Shown: in pieces, positions 8,693 to 16,642 of the stretch
Layout: each line of letters starts with the position of its first letter
Position numbering within the stretch: position 1 is the stretch's first letter
IMG/VR virus record: IMGVR_UViG_3300033463_000114
Location: 451 to 64,450 of that record
Source of the DNA: a virus
Taxonomy: Duplodnaviria; Caudoviricetes
Length of the DNA: 64,000 bases
Reading direction: 5' to 3' (one strand)
Notes under the pieces: generated by a model
What the model was told of the DNA's origin: nothing
The model's database searches: none
The model's input: only the letters and a program-made list of their open reading frames with translations
Made by a program: the position numbers and the translations under genes

Positions 8693-8928
8693 AAATCGAA
8701 ACCGATACGTTCTATGTCGTGGCGAACATCAGCGGCGGCCACCGCAACCCGACATTCGCACATCAGATTGGAACCGGCACGACCGATGCGTGGGGAGACG
8801 CCGCAACCGCGGACCGCTTCGATACGCGAAAGGAGGCAGAAGCCTTCATCCGTTCGGAGTTCGAGAAGGATTGCCGTCGCCGGTACAGGCCGATGCGCGT
8901 CAGGATTGACATGAGACTCTACAACTAA
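8689..8928 (+). CDS. Hypothetical protein
   Basis: AAAGGAG RBS, ATGA overlap. Confidence 0.65.
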   Translation: MKIETDTFYVVANISGGHRNPTFAHQIGTGTTDAWGDAATADRFDTRKEAEAFIRSEFEKDCRRRYRPMRVRIDMRLYN

Positions 8929-8944
8929 CGAAAGGAGAAAACCA

Positions 8945-9232
8945 ATGAGAATAGTAACCCAAACGACCACCCGCTACTTCCCCGACGACCCGAAGAACAA
9001 GGTGTTCTCCGTGGATGTCTACGTCACCGTGTGCAAGTGCTACAAGATCGAGGCGAAGGACGAAAAGGAGGCGGAGGCGAAGGCCGAGAGCGAGCTGGTC
9101 GACGCCGGACGCGGCGCCGACGATGCGACCTACATCCACAACCTTGCCGACCGTGGGTTCCAAGACGCCGAGGAATCTGAAACCCGAGTCTCCGGCGAGG
9201 CCGACGAGAACGGCGAAATCCAGTATTACTAG
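8945..9232 (+). CDS. Small acidic protein with IEAKDEKEAEAKA motif (DpnD/PcfM-like)
   Basis: AAAGGAG RBS; motif resemblance. Confidence 0.6.
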   Translation: MRIVTQTTTRYFPDDPKNKVFSVDVYVTVCKCYKIEAKDEKEAEAKAESELVDAGRGADDATYIHNLADRGFQDAEESETRVSGEADENGEIQYY

Positions 9233-9257
9233 CCCCAAAGGAAAGGACAAGAAAAAA

Positions 9258-9497
9258 ATGAAAACACCGAAAGAAGTTGCCGCCGACATTGTGTATCAGT
9301 ATTCGTTCGTCCTGAACACGCCCGACTATCGAGGCAAGAACGTGACTGGGGCGGAGTTCGCAAAGCTAATCGCAGAAGTGTACGATGTTTCCATCCACGG
9401 CGCAAATCACTACGCCGCCATCATCGCGGAGGACTACATCGCAAGCATACGCCACGCCGCATCGGGCCGCGTTACTTGGAAGTTCAAGGAGGCGTGA
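9258..9497 (+). CDS. Hypothetical protein
   Basis: AAAGGA RBS, ATG 9258. Confidence 0.6.
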   Translation: MKTPKEVAADIVYQYSFVLNTPDYRGKNVTGAEFAKLIAEVYDVSIHGANHYAAIIAEDYIASIRHAASGRVTWKFKEA

Positions 9498-9498
9498 C

Positions 9499-9678
9499 AT
9501 GGCAGACAAAGTGTTCGTCGCAATCATCATGCCGCACCTTTGCGGCATCCAGGACTTGAGCATCCGCCTCTTCTCGTCGATCGTCTCGGCGCAGATGTGG
9601 GTGGACGAGGCGCTTGCCGACTACGAGCATGACGGCATCGAGGTCAACTGGGACATCCAGGAGTACGGTGTCCTGTAA
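9499..9678 (+). CDS. Hypothetical protein
   Basis: AAGGAGG RBS. Confidence 0.6.
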   Translation: MADKVFVAIIMPHLCGIQDLSIRLFSSIVSAQMWVDEALADYEHDGIEVNWDIQEYGVL

Positions 9679-9698
9679 GCAAACAGAAAGGAGACAAC

Positions 9699-9899
9699 AT
9701 GAGAATCTACGCAATCTACCACGTCCTCGAACAGACGTTCATCAAGTGGGGCGTCAACGGCGGAGGCAAGGAGGGCTACTGCCTGCTCCGTGGCAAGCCG
9801 TGCTTTTTCAAGACGCTTGCGCTTGCACAGAGTGCGGTGCAGTCGTTCGACAACCCCGATAACTACGAAATCTGCGTGTTCGAGGAGGTGCACGAATGA
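9699..9899 (+). CDS. Hypothetical protein
   Basis: AGAAAGGAG RBS. Confidence 0.65.
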   Translation: MRIYAIYHVLEQTFIKWGVNGGGKEGYCLLRGKPCFFKTLALAQSAVQSFDNPDNYEICVFEEVHE

Positions 9900-10099
9900 A
9901 GAAGTACACCATCCGCCTTGAGCGCGAGGAGTTTTACGAGATCGTCGTTGACGTGGTTGCCGAGAGCGAGGCCGAAGCCGTGACCGAAGTCGAGCGCAGG
10001 CACGACGACGGCGAGTTTTGGAACAGGATGAACAAGGACGGGCCGTACGATTCGAGCGAGCACATCTACTGCGTGAGCGAAAGCGAGGTGCCAGCATGA
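9896..10099 (+). CDS. DpnD/PcfM-like small protein
   Basis: MKKYTIRLERE...VDVVAESEAEAVTEV pattern. Confidence 0.6.
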   Translation: MKKYTIRLEREEFYEIVVDVVAESEAEAVTEVERRHDDGEFWNRMNKDGPYDSSEHIYCVSESEVPA

Positions 10100-10416
10100 A
10101 ACTGAATCTAGTTGCGGATTACACGGTGCCCGGAACGGGCGGGAAGCGACATGTAGTCACGCTCTGCATTGACGGCAGCGCCAATTTGATGGGGCTGATC
10201 GACATGGCGACGTTGAACTTCCCCACCGATTTGGGAGAATTCGAGAAGGTTCGCCCCAAAACGCTCACGATGTGCGAAAGCGGGAAGAAGGCGGAAGCGG
10301 TCGCTACGAGTTGGAGAAGCAACTACAAGAGCGACGGGCGGCTGTGGGACTATTCGCCCATTGACGCTTATCAGGCGTACAAAGAATCGGAAGAGGGAAG
10401 CGAGGTGCCGGCATGA
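10096..10416 (+). CDS. Hypothetical protein
   Basis: GAGGTG RBS, ATGA overlap. Confidence 0.65.
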   Translation: MKLNLVADYTVPGTGGKRHVVTLCIDGSANLMGLIDMATLNFPTDLGEFEKVRPKTLTMCESGKKAEAVATSWRSNYKSDGRLWDYSPIDAYQAYKESEEGSEVPA

Positions 10417-10574
10417 AGAAGAAGTACATCGTGCACACCCACCTCGGCGACATGCAGACCGAGGCCGCCACCCCGGCCCGGGCCAAGTCCAACATCCAGT
10501 TCAAAATCTTCCGCAGGTCGCCCGCCGCGAAGCGGTACACGAGGACGTGGACCGTGAGCGAGGCGACGAGCTGA
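10413..10574 (+). CDS. Small protein (53 aa), paralog of 1282 and 27053 products
   Basis: Manual translation MKKKYIVHTHLGDMQTEAATPARAKSNIQFKI...WTVSEATS. Confidence 0.6.
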   Translation: MKKKYIVHTHLGDMQTEAATPARAKSNIQFKIFRRSPAAKRYTRTWTVSEATS

Positions 10575-10604
10575 ACAAGACAACCCCAAAGAAAGGAGCA
10601 ACCA

Positions 10605-11009
10605 ATGAAGTTCAATGACGTTATGACCGCGCTGTACAAGGACGGCGTGTCTCTCCCGATCGTCAACCGCATCGAGTGGCTGTCGAGCGAGTTCGCCACG
10701 AAGGAGGCGTTCTTCCTGGCGTCCAAGGGCGACTTGCTCGCCGCGTTCGCCAGGATGTGTCCCGACGCGAAGCGCGACCTCGGCGACAAGTTCTTCGCCG
10801 CGATGTCCAAGGCCGTGGTGCTTTGGAAGACGCCAGACGACAAGCCCGCCGCAAGGCCCAGCCACGCAACGCCCGAGCGCGACCCGCGCCTCGACGAAAC
10901 GCTGACCAACGCGGAGGTGCTTCTCGTCGCAGAGCTGATGGAGCGGTTCAAGAAAACGGAGGTGTCCGTCGACTGGATTCTCCAGCAGGTGAAGCTCGCA
11001 AGGGCGTAG
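10605..11009 (+). CDS. Hypothetical protein
   Basis: AGAAAGGAG RBS. Confidence 0.7.
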   Translation: MKFNDVMTALYKDGVSLPIVNRIEWLSSEFATKEAFFLASKGDLLAAFARMCPDAKRDLGDKFFAAMSKAVVLWKTPDDKPAARPSHATPERDPRLDETLTNAEVLLVAELMERFKKTEVSVDWILQQVKLARA

Positions 11010-11028
11010 CTGGCGGCTGAAAACAATT

Positions 11029-11070
11029 CCGCATTTGCCACTTGTCAACAGGTGGCAAATGCGGTATGAT
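11029..11070 (+). promoter_or_regulatory. Sigma70-type promoter TTGTCA-17-TATGAT inside a 13-bp inverted repeat
   Basis: -35 at 11042-11047, -10 at 11065-11070; arms 11029-11041 and 11052-11064. Confidence 0.7.
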
Positions 11071-11106
11071 CTGAAGCAAAACAAACAACCAAAAAGGAAA
11101 TGAAAA

Positions 11107-11304
11107 ATGAAAGAGTCATACGAACAAAAAGTTGCGACGTTTAATCAGGCGGCAGGAGCGCGGTACTCGGCAGAGGTGCGTTTCCTCACATTCCGCCGGA
11201 CGCGCAAGGGAATCAAGGTTGGTTATACGTTGGCAAAACGCCATGAGATTGCCGACCTTCAAGCGTATGTCATGCGTGCAGGAGAACCGTACTATATGGC
11301 CTGA
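11107..11304 (+). CDS. Hypothetical protein
   Basis: AAAAAGGA RBS downstream of promoter. Confidence 0.6.
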   Translation: MKESYEQKVATFNQAAGARYSAEVRFLTFRRTRKGIKVGYTLAKRHEIADLQAYVMRAGEPYYMA

Positions 11305-11342
11305 ACACACAGATACAAACAACCAACGAAGGAGAATGAAAA

Positions 11343-11606
11343 ATGAAAATGAAATTCATGTGCGACGGTTGCCGTTCCGTGATTCGCGACGGCGACGAGG
11401 GTTTTGACGCTGGCGAGTATTTCGCCGGTGTCATGGCGAGACGCGAGTATGGTCGGCGCGGCCATGTCGGCCCGTGCCGTCTGGAGTCGTGGACGGAGGA
11501 CGGAACGTGCGGCGAATACGAGGCGTTCATTGGCGTATCAGACGGCAACGGAATGACTGGCAAAAACATTCGCTTTTCCGTCATCACTGAACGGGTTGAA
11601 GAATGA
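11343..11606 (+). CDS. Hypothetical protein
   Basis: AAGGAG RBS. Confidence 0.6.
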   Translation: MKMKFMCDGCRSVIRDGDEGFDAGEYFAGVMARREYGRRGHVGPCRLESWTEDGTCGEYEAFIGVSDGNGMTGKNIRFSVITERVEE

Positions 11607-11818
11607 TGGCGAAAAATGACATCCATCGCGTCCGCTCCGCCGCAGGCAGGGCGGGCGCGATCTCCCGCTGGCAGGGCGTGGACCGCGAGTCCACCGTCCA
11701 GGTGCGAGTGTTCGCAGACGATGCCAACTGGCTGAAAGCACAGCCCGGCACGATTGCGGAGAACGTGCGCAACCTCCGCAACGCAACAACAGACGCAACG
11801 AGAAAGGAATCAACATGA
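11603..11818 (+). CDS. Small basic protein, possible RHH DNA-binding domain
   Basis: GRAGAISRW then beta strand (TVQVRVF) and helices. Confidence 0.5.
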   Translation: MMAKNDIHRVRSAAGRAGAISRWQGVDRESTVQVRVFADDANWLKAQPGTIAENVRNLRNATTDATRKEST

Positions 11819-12138
11819 CAGACGATACAACCCCAACCCCTCCCGCGCCGCCCACGAAGCCCGGCTACACGTGGCGCATCCCGATGGAGCGCGTGCACGA
11901 GCTCGCAGTCGCGCGCGGCAAGCTCGGAGGCAGGAAGTCCCACGGCGGCGGACGCAAGAGAAGCCCGCAGCCGCGCAAGCCCGTCGCCATGCAGCAGTCC
12001 GCGTACGACACGTTCCGCATCTGCGCCGCGTCCGAGGGCAAGTCGCGCGTGCAGTTCCTCACGGAAATCGCCGACGCCCTGCGGACGAATCCGAAGTACG
12101 CCCACCTGTTCCCCGGTGGGCTTCCGCCGCAGGAGTGA
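11815..12138 (+). CDS. Small basic protein with GKLGGRK motif and possible RHH domain
   Basis: Sequence pattern; ATGA overlap. Confidence 0.55.
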   Translation: MTDDTTPTPPAPPTKPGYTWRIPMERVHELAVARGKLGGRKSHGGGRKRSPQPRKPVAMQQSAYDTFRICAASEGKSRVQFLTEIADALRTNPKYAHLFPGGLPPQE

Positions 12139-12170
12139 CATGGCGTAGCAATAGGCGAACATGACGGCGC

Positions 12171-12219
12171 AGGGCGGCGCGTCCCATCCGCGGGGCGCGT
12201 CGCCTTGCCCGTTTTTTTT
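12171..12219 (+). terminator. Intrinsic terminator
   Basis: 15-bp GC stem followed by T8 at 12212-12219. Confidence 0.7.
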
Positions 12220-12322
12220 ACGCGCGCGGGCGTGCGGAGGCGTGTGTGCGGGCGCGTTGAACCATTCAACGCCATGCGAAACCATGCCGAAAAAGTTTTT
12301 TCAATTTTTTTTCAACAGGGGC

Positions 12323-12351
12323 TTGACGGTGTTATAACATTCTGATAAACT
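12323..12351 (+). promoter_or_regulatory. Sigma70-type promoter TTGACG-17-TAAACT with TGTTATAACA palindrome in the spacer
   Basis: -35 at 12323-12328, -10 at 12346-12351, palindrome at 12330-12339. Confidence 0.7.
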
Positions 12352-12383
12352 TTGCGCCGTCAACCCAAAACAGGAGATGAAAA

Positions 12384-12683
12384 ATGAGCGAGTCGAGAAA
12401 CGGAAAGCACAAAGAAGGAAATGTTTTATTAGGCGCTATGGTCGAGCCGCAGAAAAAAGCCATTGCAATCGTCACCGCAGCAGTTCTTGCTGGCGAGGGG
12501 CGTACTCTGACACAGACGGAAATCATCTGGGAGGGCATTCTTCGCATAGCGAAGTCGTGCGGAGTGGTTGACGAGAACGGAAAGCCTACTCCTCGATACG
12601 CCGACGCAGTTCTTCTTGCTACCGAAAGCGTAGTGAATGGCAACAAGAGCAACCGTGGCACCCGTGGAGGCAAGCGCAAATGA
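12384..12683 (+). CDS. Putative RHH-like transcriptional regulator
   Basis: VLLGAMV strand, helix, TQTEIIWEGI; directly after operator-containing promoter. Confidence 0.55.
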   Translation: MSESRNGKHKEGNVLLGAMVEPQKKAIAIVTAAVLAGEGRTLTQTEIIWEGILRIAKSCGVVDENGKPTPRYADAVLLATESVVNGNKSNRGTRGGKRK

Positions 12684-12826
12684 GACTGTCTGAACAGGCT
12701 ATGGCCGCAGCGAAGCGAATCGCGGAACGGAAAGGTGTTGACGTGAAAAAGGTGATCGAAGCCTATGCCAAGGCCGCAACGTCGCCAAAAATGAAACTGA
12801 ACACTTCGGTTTTATTTTTGGACTAG
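12680..12826 (+). CDS. Small putative DNA-binding protein (48 aa)
   Basis: Manual translation MRLSEQAMAAAKRIAERKGVDVKKVIEAYAK...; GGAGG RBS. Confidence 0.5.
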   Translation: MRLSEQAMAAAKRIAERKGVDVKKVIEAYAKAATSPKMKLNTSVLFLD

Positions 12827-12827
12827 T

Positions 12828-12841
12828 AATGTTATAACATT
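12828..12841. promoter_or_regulatory. Second operator palindrome AATGTTATAACATT
   Basis: Perfect 14-bp palindrome sharing its core with 12330-12339. Confidence 0.6.
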
Positions 12842-12861
12842 GTTTGAAAGGTCTAACAAGC

Positions 12862-13026
12862 ATGAACCAAACCGAACAGACAAGCGAGCGCAAACCCTAC
12901 ACCATCCTGCTGGCAGACGACGAGGTGGCGTGGGTGCGCGACTACACGAAGGTGGACGCCGTTGCGCCGGCCGTTGTCGCCGTGGTGCGCAAGGCGCGCG
13001 AGGCGCACGAGAGGGGCGCGATGTGA
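12862..13026 (+). CDS. Hypothetical protein
   Basis: ORF after operator; TGATG overlap with next gene. Confidence 0.55.
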   Translation: MNQTEQTSERKPYTILLADDEVAWVRDYTKVDAVAPAVVAVVRKAREAHERGAM

Positions 13027-13409
13027 TGTACTACTGGCGGCGAGAGTTCGTGAACGAGCGGCTGGGAATCACAAGCTCCCAATCATACCGCCTCGTCCCC
13101 GCCACGGAATCGGGGCGCATCCGCTCCGACTCCGTGCTCTCGCTGCTCAACCGCTCGCGCGTCGGTATCCGCGACGCGCTGACCTCCCTGCCAGCCGACC
13201 TGCTCACGCTCGAACAGACCGCCGCGCGCTTCGCCGACAGCGGCGTGACAGAGCGCGACCTCCGCAGATGGATTAGGCGCACGCGCAACCCCGCGCCGCA
13301 CTTCCGCCTCAACAGGAACACGGTGCGTTTCTCCGCAGGGCTCCTCGATGCGTGGCTCGCAGAAACGTCCGTCCTGCATGGCGCGTGGCACAGGAAGGAG
13401 GTCGCATGA
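13026..13409 (+). CDS. Excisionase-like / HTH_17 (MerR-type) DNA-binding protein
   Basis: LLTLEQTAARF...RDLRRW...PHFRLNRNTVRFS...LDAWL. Confidence 0.65.
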   Translation: MYYWRREFVNERLGITSSQSYRLVPATESGRIRSDSVLSLLNRSRVGIRDALTSLPADLLTLEQTAARFADSGVTERDLRRWIRRTRNPAPHFRLNRNTVRFSAGLLDAWLAETSVLHGAWHRKEVA

Positions 13410-13813
13410 CGCAGGAAACCGAACGCCGCGCGATCGCATTCATCCGCACGATCGCAAACCGTTGCACCTCCTGCTTGCGGCGCAACGCGGAGACTTGCCG
13501 CAACTGCGTGTCCTCGTGGGCCAACGAGATAATGACGGACTACGAGCGCGAACTGTCGTGCGAGAGCGGCGGGCCGACGCAGGACTACTCGCTCGCGGCG
13601 CGGATGCTGATGGTCGCCGACGCGCTCCGCAAGGCGGGGAGGCCGCTCGCCGCGAACGAGATAGACATGCAGGGGTGCTGCTCGAAGCAGCTCAAATACT
13701 GGACGCTGATGCGGATGGTCCGCCTCGGCTTCGTCGCGCGCGACGTCGCGGACGGTCCGCCGTACCGATACAAGCAAACGGCAAAGGCATTTCCCGCCGC
13801 GAGGCGGGCGTAA
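13406..13813 (+). CDS. Cys-cluster plus winged-helix-like protein
   Basis: CTSC...CRNC then helical domain; AAGGAGG RBS. Confidence 0.55.
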   Translation: MTQETERRAIAFIRTIANRCTSCLRRNAETCRNCVSSWANEIMTDYERELSCESGGPTQDYSLAARMLMVADALRKAGRPLAANEIDMQGCCSKQLKYWTLMRMVRLGFVARDVADGPPYRYKQTAKAFPAARRA

Positions 13814-13846
13814 CAGACAAGTAAACCGCAAACAAGAGAGAAGCAC

Positions 13847-14794
13847 ATGAAAGAGAAAACACAGAGTACGGCTACGGCATTGGCCGTGGCGCAGCCGCAG
13901 GGCGGAACGGCCCTCGCGAACATAATCCCAATCAACAGCATAGAGGACGTGTCCCGCCTCGGCGTGGCCGTCGCGAAGTCCGGCTGGTTCGGGACCATCC
14001 CGCAGTCAACCGGCGAAATGATCGCCATGACGATGTTGCAGGAGAGGATTTCCCCTGTGACGTTTAAAAAGAAATACCACATTATCAACAACTCCCTGTC
14101 CGTCACGTCGCGCGCCATCGTCAGCGCGTTCAAGCGCATGGGCGGCAAGATGAAGCTCCACGAGGTCGGCAAGGAGAAGTGCGACATCACGTTCTCCTAC
14201 GACGGCAACGAGCTCCGCTACGCCGTGACGTTGCAGGAGTTCATCGACAACGGCGTTGCGCTCGCGAAGGACGGCGCGACGCTGAAGGACAACTGGGCGA
14301 AGTTCTCGGGCGACATGCTCTACGCTCGGTGCTGTTCGTTCGCAATCCGTAAAATATGCCCAGAAGCGGACGACGGGCTCTACACCACGGAGGAGGTCGC
14401 TGACTTCGACGACGCGCCGGCCGCGCCCGCGCCGAAACCGGAGCCCATCAAGATCGACAAGTCCGAGGTCGCCTCGCGCATCGCGAAGGCCGAACCAGCA
14501 GCGGCGCCGACGCCAGCACAGCAGCAAGAAATCGTGGAGGCCGAGGTTGTGGAACCCGTGCCGACGCCGGCACCTGCCGCACCTGCCGCATCAGCAGCAC
14601 CGCAGTCCGCTCCGTCCGCCGCCGACACCTGTCCGATCAAGGGCCCCTTCTTCAACGTCCCCTTCTCGCAGATGGAGCCCGACATCCTCGGCTACCTGCT
14701 CCTTGCCGACACGGCGGCTAACCACCCCGAGCTGACGCCCGCGCACGTCGATAGCGCGAAGGCGGCGGCCCGCGCAAAGGGAATGGAGGTCTGA
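13847..14794 (+). CDS. RecT/Red-beta-like single-strand annealing protein
   Basis: NWAKFSGDMLYARCCSFAIRKICPEADDGLYTTEE motif; Pro/Ala linker. Confidence 0.7.
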   Translation: MKEKTQSTATALAVAQPQGGTALANIIPINSIEDVSRLGVAVAKSGWFGTIPQSTGEMIAMTMLQERISPVTFKKKYHIINNSLSVTSRAIVSAFKRMGGKMKLHEVGKEKCDITFSYDGNELRYAVTLQEFIDNGVALAKDGATLKDNWAKFSGDMLYARCCSFAIRKICPEADDGLYTTEEVADFDDAPAAPAPKPEPIKIDKSEVASRIAKAEPAAAPTPAQQQEIVEAEVVEPVPTPAPAAPAASAAPQSAPSAADTCPIKGPFFNVPFSQMEPDILGYLLLADTAANHPELTPAHVDSAKAAARAKGMEV

Positions 14795-14795
14795 C

Positions 14796-15458
14796 ATGAG
14801 CACCGACAACCTACCAACGTTGCAGAGCATGGTCGAGCTTTCCGTCGCAAAGGAACTTGCAGACACCACGGCCGCGCTCGCCCCGATAACCGCCGTGCAG
14901 AACGACGCCGACGCGCGCCGAGCCAAGAACGCCGTCAAGGCCGTGAAGGCGGTCGTGAAGCTCATTGCCGAGGCGCGCCTCTCCGCAACGCGACAGGCCG
15001 ACGCGTGGAAGAAGCGAGTGATGGAACAGGAACGCGAGTTTACCGCCGCCGCAAACAAGGAAGTTGCCCGCGTTGACGGGCTTGTGGGCGAGTACGTCAC
15101 CGCCAAGGCGAAGGCCGAGGAGGAGGCGCGCAAGGCCGAAGAAGCCAAGCGAGCGGCTGAACTTGCCGAAGCGCAGCGCGCCGCAGAGGCCGAGGCCGCG
15201 CTGACCGGAAACGCCGTCGCCGTGCCCGTGCAGATGCCCGACGAGGAACCGCAGAAGAAAACTCCCATCGTGCAGGGCGTGACCGCACGCACCGTGTGGA
15301 CTTTCGAGATCGTCAGCCCCGACCTCGTGCCGCGCGCGTACTGCGTCCCCGACGAGAAGGCCATCCGCGAGTACATGAACGCCGTGAAGTCCTCCGGTGC
15401 CGACATCGACGCGCTGAAGATTCCCGGCGTCGCGTTCCGCAAGGAGATTCGCGTCTGA
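14796..15458 (+). CDS. Gam/siphovirus gp157-like coiled-coil protein
   Basis: Coiled coil with C-terminal VPRAYCVPDEKAIRE...IPGVAFRKE. Confidence 0.55.
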   Translation: MSTDNLPTLQSMVELSVAKELADTTAALAPITAVQNDADARRAKNAVKAVKAVVKLIAEARLSATRQADAWKKRVMEQEREFTAAANKEVARVDGLVGEYVTAKAKAEEEARKAEEAKRAAELAEAQRAAEAEAALTGNAVAVPVQMPDEEPQKKTPIVQGVTARTVWTFEIVSPDLVPRAYCVPDEKAIREYMNAVKSSGADIDALKIPGVAFRKEIRV

Positions 15459-15563
15459 CAGATTCCTCGGCGGCGCGGTTTCTTCTCTGCGTTCCCCTCG
15501 CCGCCGAGGAAATTCTTCAAAGCGCGGAGAGCAAAAGACAACAACAAAGAAAGAAGCAAGAAA

Positions 15564-16124
15564 ATGAGTGCAGTGATACCTACCCCGAAGAAGAAGCAGT
15601 ACGAAACAGTCTACGAGGGCGGCGCGACCGTCGTCTCCGTCGAGCCTACCGAGCTCCGTTTCACCGACGGGCTTACCGAAGAGGAGGCCGCGAACGGCTT
15701 TCTCATCGCGTTCACGGTGAAGCCAGACGACGAACGCCTTTCCAACGTGTCGCTTGAACTGGAGTTCAGCGACCGCGAGTGCAGGGGGCCGTCCCTTGCC
15801 GGCAAGAAGCAGAAGGACGCCACGCGCGAAGACCTCTTCCGCCACAAGCTCATCGGCGGCGCGGACGCGGCGAGCGCGAACGTCGCGGAGGTGTTCGACA
15901 CCGCCGTCGGAAAGAAGGTTCAGATCCGCGTCGTCGACGTGACCGACCCGAACAAGGCCGAGAACAACGTGCGGAGGCAAGTGTACTTCTCCAACCGCCC
16001 GGCCACGCTTTCCGCCGCCGAGCGCGCCCGCCGCATCGCCGTGCTGACCGGACGCCCCGTGCCCGCGGCGCAGGCCGCGCCAGCGCAACAGGCCGCCACG
16101 CCGGTCACGGCGAACCCTTTCTGA
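15564..16124 (+). CDS. Putative phage SSB-like protein
   Basis: Beta-rich N-terminus, Ala/Pro tail ending NPF, located in recombination module. Confidence 0.45.
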   Translation: MSAVIPTPKKKQYETVYEGGATVVSVEPTELRFTDGLTEEEAANGFLIAFTVKPDDERLSNVSLELEFSDRECRGPSLAGKKQKDATREDLFRHKLIGGADAASANVAEVFDTAVGKKVQIRVVDVTDPNKAENNVRRQVYFSNRPATLSAAERARRIAVLTGRPVPAAQAAPAQQAATPVTANPF

Positions 16125-16156
16125 CGCTCTAGCGAGCCCTAGCACTGGTCCCAGTC

Positions 16157-16642
16157 ATGCACGTCGTCGTAGATACTAGAGAGAAAAGGCCGTGGGTATT
16201 CCCCGATGGAGTCGAAACCTCCGTCGGCACGATCCGGCAGGGCGACTACGCTCTCCGTGGAGACAACGGGTTCTCCATCGAGCGGAAGTCGCTGCGAGAT
16301 TTCCGCGACACCGTAGTGTGTGACTGGGACCGTTTTCAGCGCGAACTCCTCCGCATGGACTTGGCGGGGTTCGCGGCGAAGGTCGTTATCGTGGAAGGCG
16401 ACTTCGCGGACTACTGCTTCAAGGAGCTCCCGAACGAGGGCATCGAGGAACCTGCCGCCGGCGTTGACGAAGTGTTCACGCCGCAGCTCGCCGCCCGCCG
16501 CGTCGCGGAGCTCACCATCTTCCACCGAACGACCGTCCTCTTCGCCCGTGACGAGGGCATCGCCGCCGCGCTCGCTTTCCAGATTCTCCTTCAGCGGCAA
16601 ATCCAGCTCACTGGCGTAGTGAAACTCCCGAAGATACAATGA
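16157..16642 (+). CDS. ERCC4/XPF-family endonuclease
   Basis: VVDTRE, GDY, IERKS..DF, RF..EL motifs. Confidence 0.85.
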   Translation: MHVVVDTREKRPWVFPDGVETSVGTIRQGDYALRGDNGFSIERKSLRDFRDTVVCDWDRFQRELLRMDLAGFAAKVVIVEGDFADYCFKELPNEGIEEPAAGVDEVFTPQLAARRVAELTIFHRTTVLFARDEGIAAALAFQILLQRQIQLTGVVKLPKIQ

